From Octopus sinensis (taxonomy: Eukaryota): 64,000 nucleotides of DNA. The stretch spans positions 61,566,001 to 61,630,000 of the forward strand of contig NC_043010.1 in assembly GCF_006345805.1 (NCBI RefSeq). Reading direction: 5' to 3'. Below are positions 62,451 to 64,000 of this stretch, piece after piece. Under the pieces are notes generated by a model that was not told the origin of the DNA, ran no database searches, and saw nothing but the letters and a program-made list of their open reading frames with translations. Both the position numbers and the translations under genes were made by a program. Each line of letters starts with the position of its first letter. The first letter of the stretch is position 1.

Positions 62451-64000
62451 CTTTCGACTATTAATATTTAGGATTTTATTATAAGTTCACCTTTAAATAT
62501 CCTTATTTATAATTTTTTGATAATTATTACAGGATTTGAACATTAATATATTGGTTTCTTGGTTAAGGTTGATTTTAATCAGCCAATAAACTAAACAATG
62601 CCAGCACAAAATATTTCGAGAGGACATTTTCTGCTTACACCGTTTCTGCCTGATGGTCATAGAGTCACACACGCAGACAAAGTCACAATTGAAATTGATA
62701 CGATTTTTTTTTTCCCTTTTTATTCAAACTAAACTGAAATTCCATGTTTATCAAAAATATTTTTCGTTTAATTATCTGAAATGTGCTTACATTGTTAAAA
62801 AATAATTTTCTCTCGCAATTTCTGAACGAAAGATCTTCGTGAAAATCCGATTTATGACGAAATTGGACGAAGTGGACAAGCTTTAAGGAACCATAATCTG
62901 CAATGATTTCAGTGAATTCCTCAGTGGCTCATTTCCTTCCAAATTAAATAGTTTATATGATCTGTGTTTATTTTACAATGGTAAAAAATATTTTTGGTGT
63001 TATTCTTTCGAAAGCGACAGCAAGATAATTAAGGCCTTCGCTCGACTTAGACAATTCTTGTTATTACAAGACAACTAAATAGTTGTTTCGCCCCAGATCA
63101 GTCTTGATTCAGCAGATTTATGATCAGCGACGTACAAGACGTTCAATGTTTCCTTTTTAAACAATGGGGTTTGATTTAAGGGAGAACTGGCCTTTTTTGG
63201 TTTCTATTACCAAATAGCTTTGATGTAAAGTTCACCCCCCCTCCCCTTATAGTTTCACTGGGACTCAAGCAAAGATGTACAATTGATAGATTTCCACAAA
63301 GGTCTACAATCAAAGGGTTCCAACGGTGGCCATCATGTCTAGTATAATGACAGTACTTTGGACTGCAATATCAATATTGTTTACCTCCGGGTCAGTTCTG
63401 ATCTACAATCAATTACGTTCCTGCTGTGACCATCATATCTAATATTCAAATGCAGTGTGTCTATATATTTATAGCCTTGATTCCCAAACTGGGGTCCGCA
63501 AAGGGGGTCACCATTTTTCAGATTTATAATGTTCAAGACCCTGGGTTTTCCAGTTTTAGCTAAAACTAGAACTATTGAACATGCACGCACTACACAGAAC
63601 CCCCTAATTTACACCCCCTTCCAGACAGCCAGCCCAGAATGTACCCCTGTCCACACTATACCCCATGCTTGCAGACAAATAACACAAATGTACCTCACTT
63701 ATAAAATAGAAAACATTCCAGCTATGATCATCCTATCATTTATTTGTACATAGTGTATCTAGGACTACATTATCTAATGTTAGTGTTGTTGTTTAGTCCT
63801 AGGTTAACCCAGACCCATCAGATCTGTGATCAATAAATGTTCCAGGTATGACCATCCTGTCTTCTATTCAAACATTATTTATGTACAAGCTCCATTTGTG
63901 GCATTCTAAATTGGAATGTAAGAATTTTGCACCATTTCCAAACCTCAATACTTTCCTTGATGAAGATGGCCTTCCGAGTTGATGTTGACATAATGAAACA

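Noticed and set aside
63957-64000. UUGAUGA...GAAACA at the window edge
   Set aside because: Truncated and no clear helix II.

Overview
AT-rich, microsatellite-saturated animal genomic DNA. The repeat landscape and clustered single-coding-exon C2H2 genes suggest a coleoid cephalopod, probably Octopus (inference, no database search run). Three intact C2H2 zinc-finger genes are present (15476-17527 +, 38585-39823 -, 55385-56614 -). Each has polyQ/H/S low-complexity regions, no recognisable KRAB/BTB/SCAN domain, and a periodic finger array (4-finger module x3, 2-finger module x3, one finger type x4). The rest is mostly mobile DNA: five SINE-like families (labelled A-E here), RTE and R4/Dong LINE remnants, a decayed Penelope-like (PLE) ORF, a DD37D maT remnant, MITEs, a head-to-tail Helitron pair, and an LTR with a tRNA-Lys-like PBS. 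The most unusual signals are (i) several type-I hammerhead-ribozyme folds in short PLE-like elements that sit in (TA)n tracts, often as fold-back hairpins, and (ii) zinc-finger helices whose predicted targets resemble the simple repeats attached to local SINEs. All translations, folds and alignments were done by eye; repeat boundaries are approximate.
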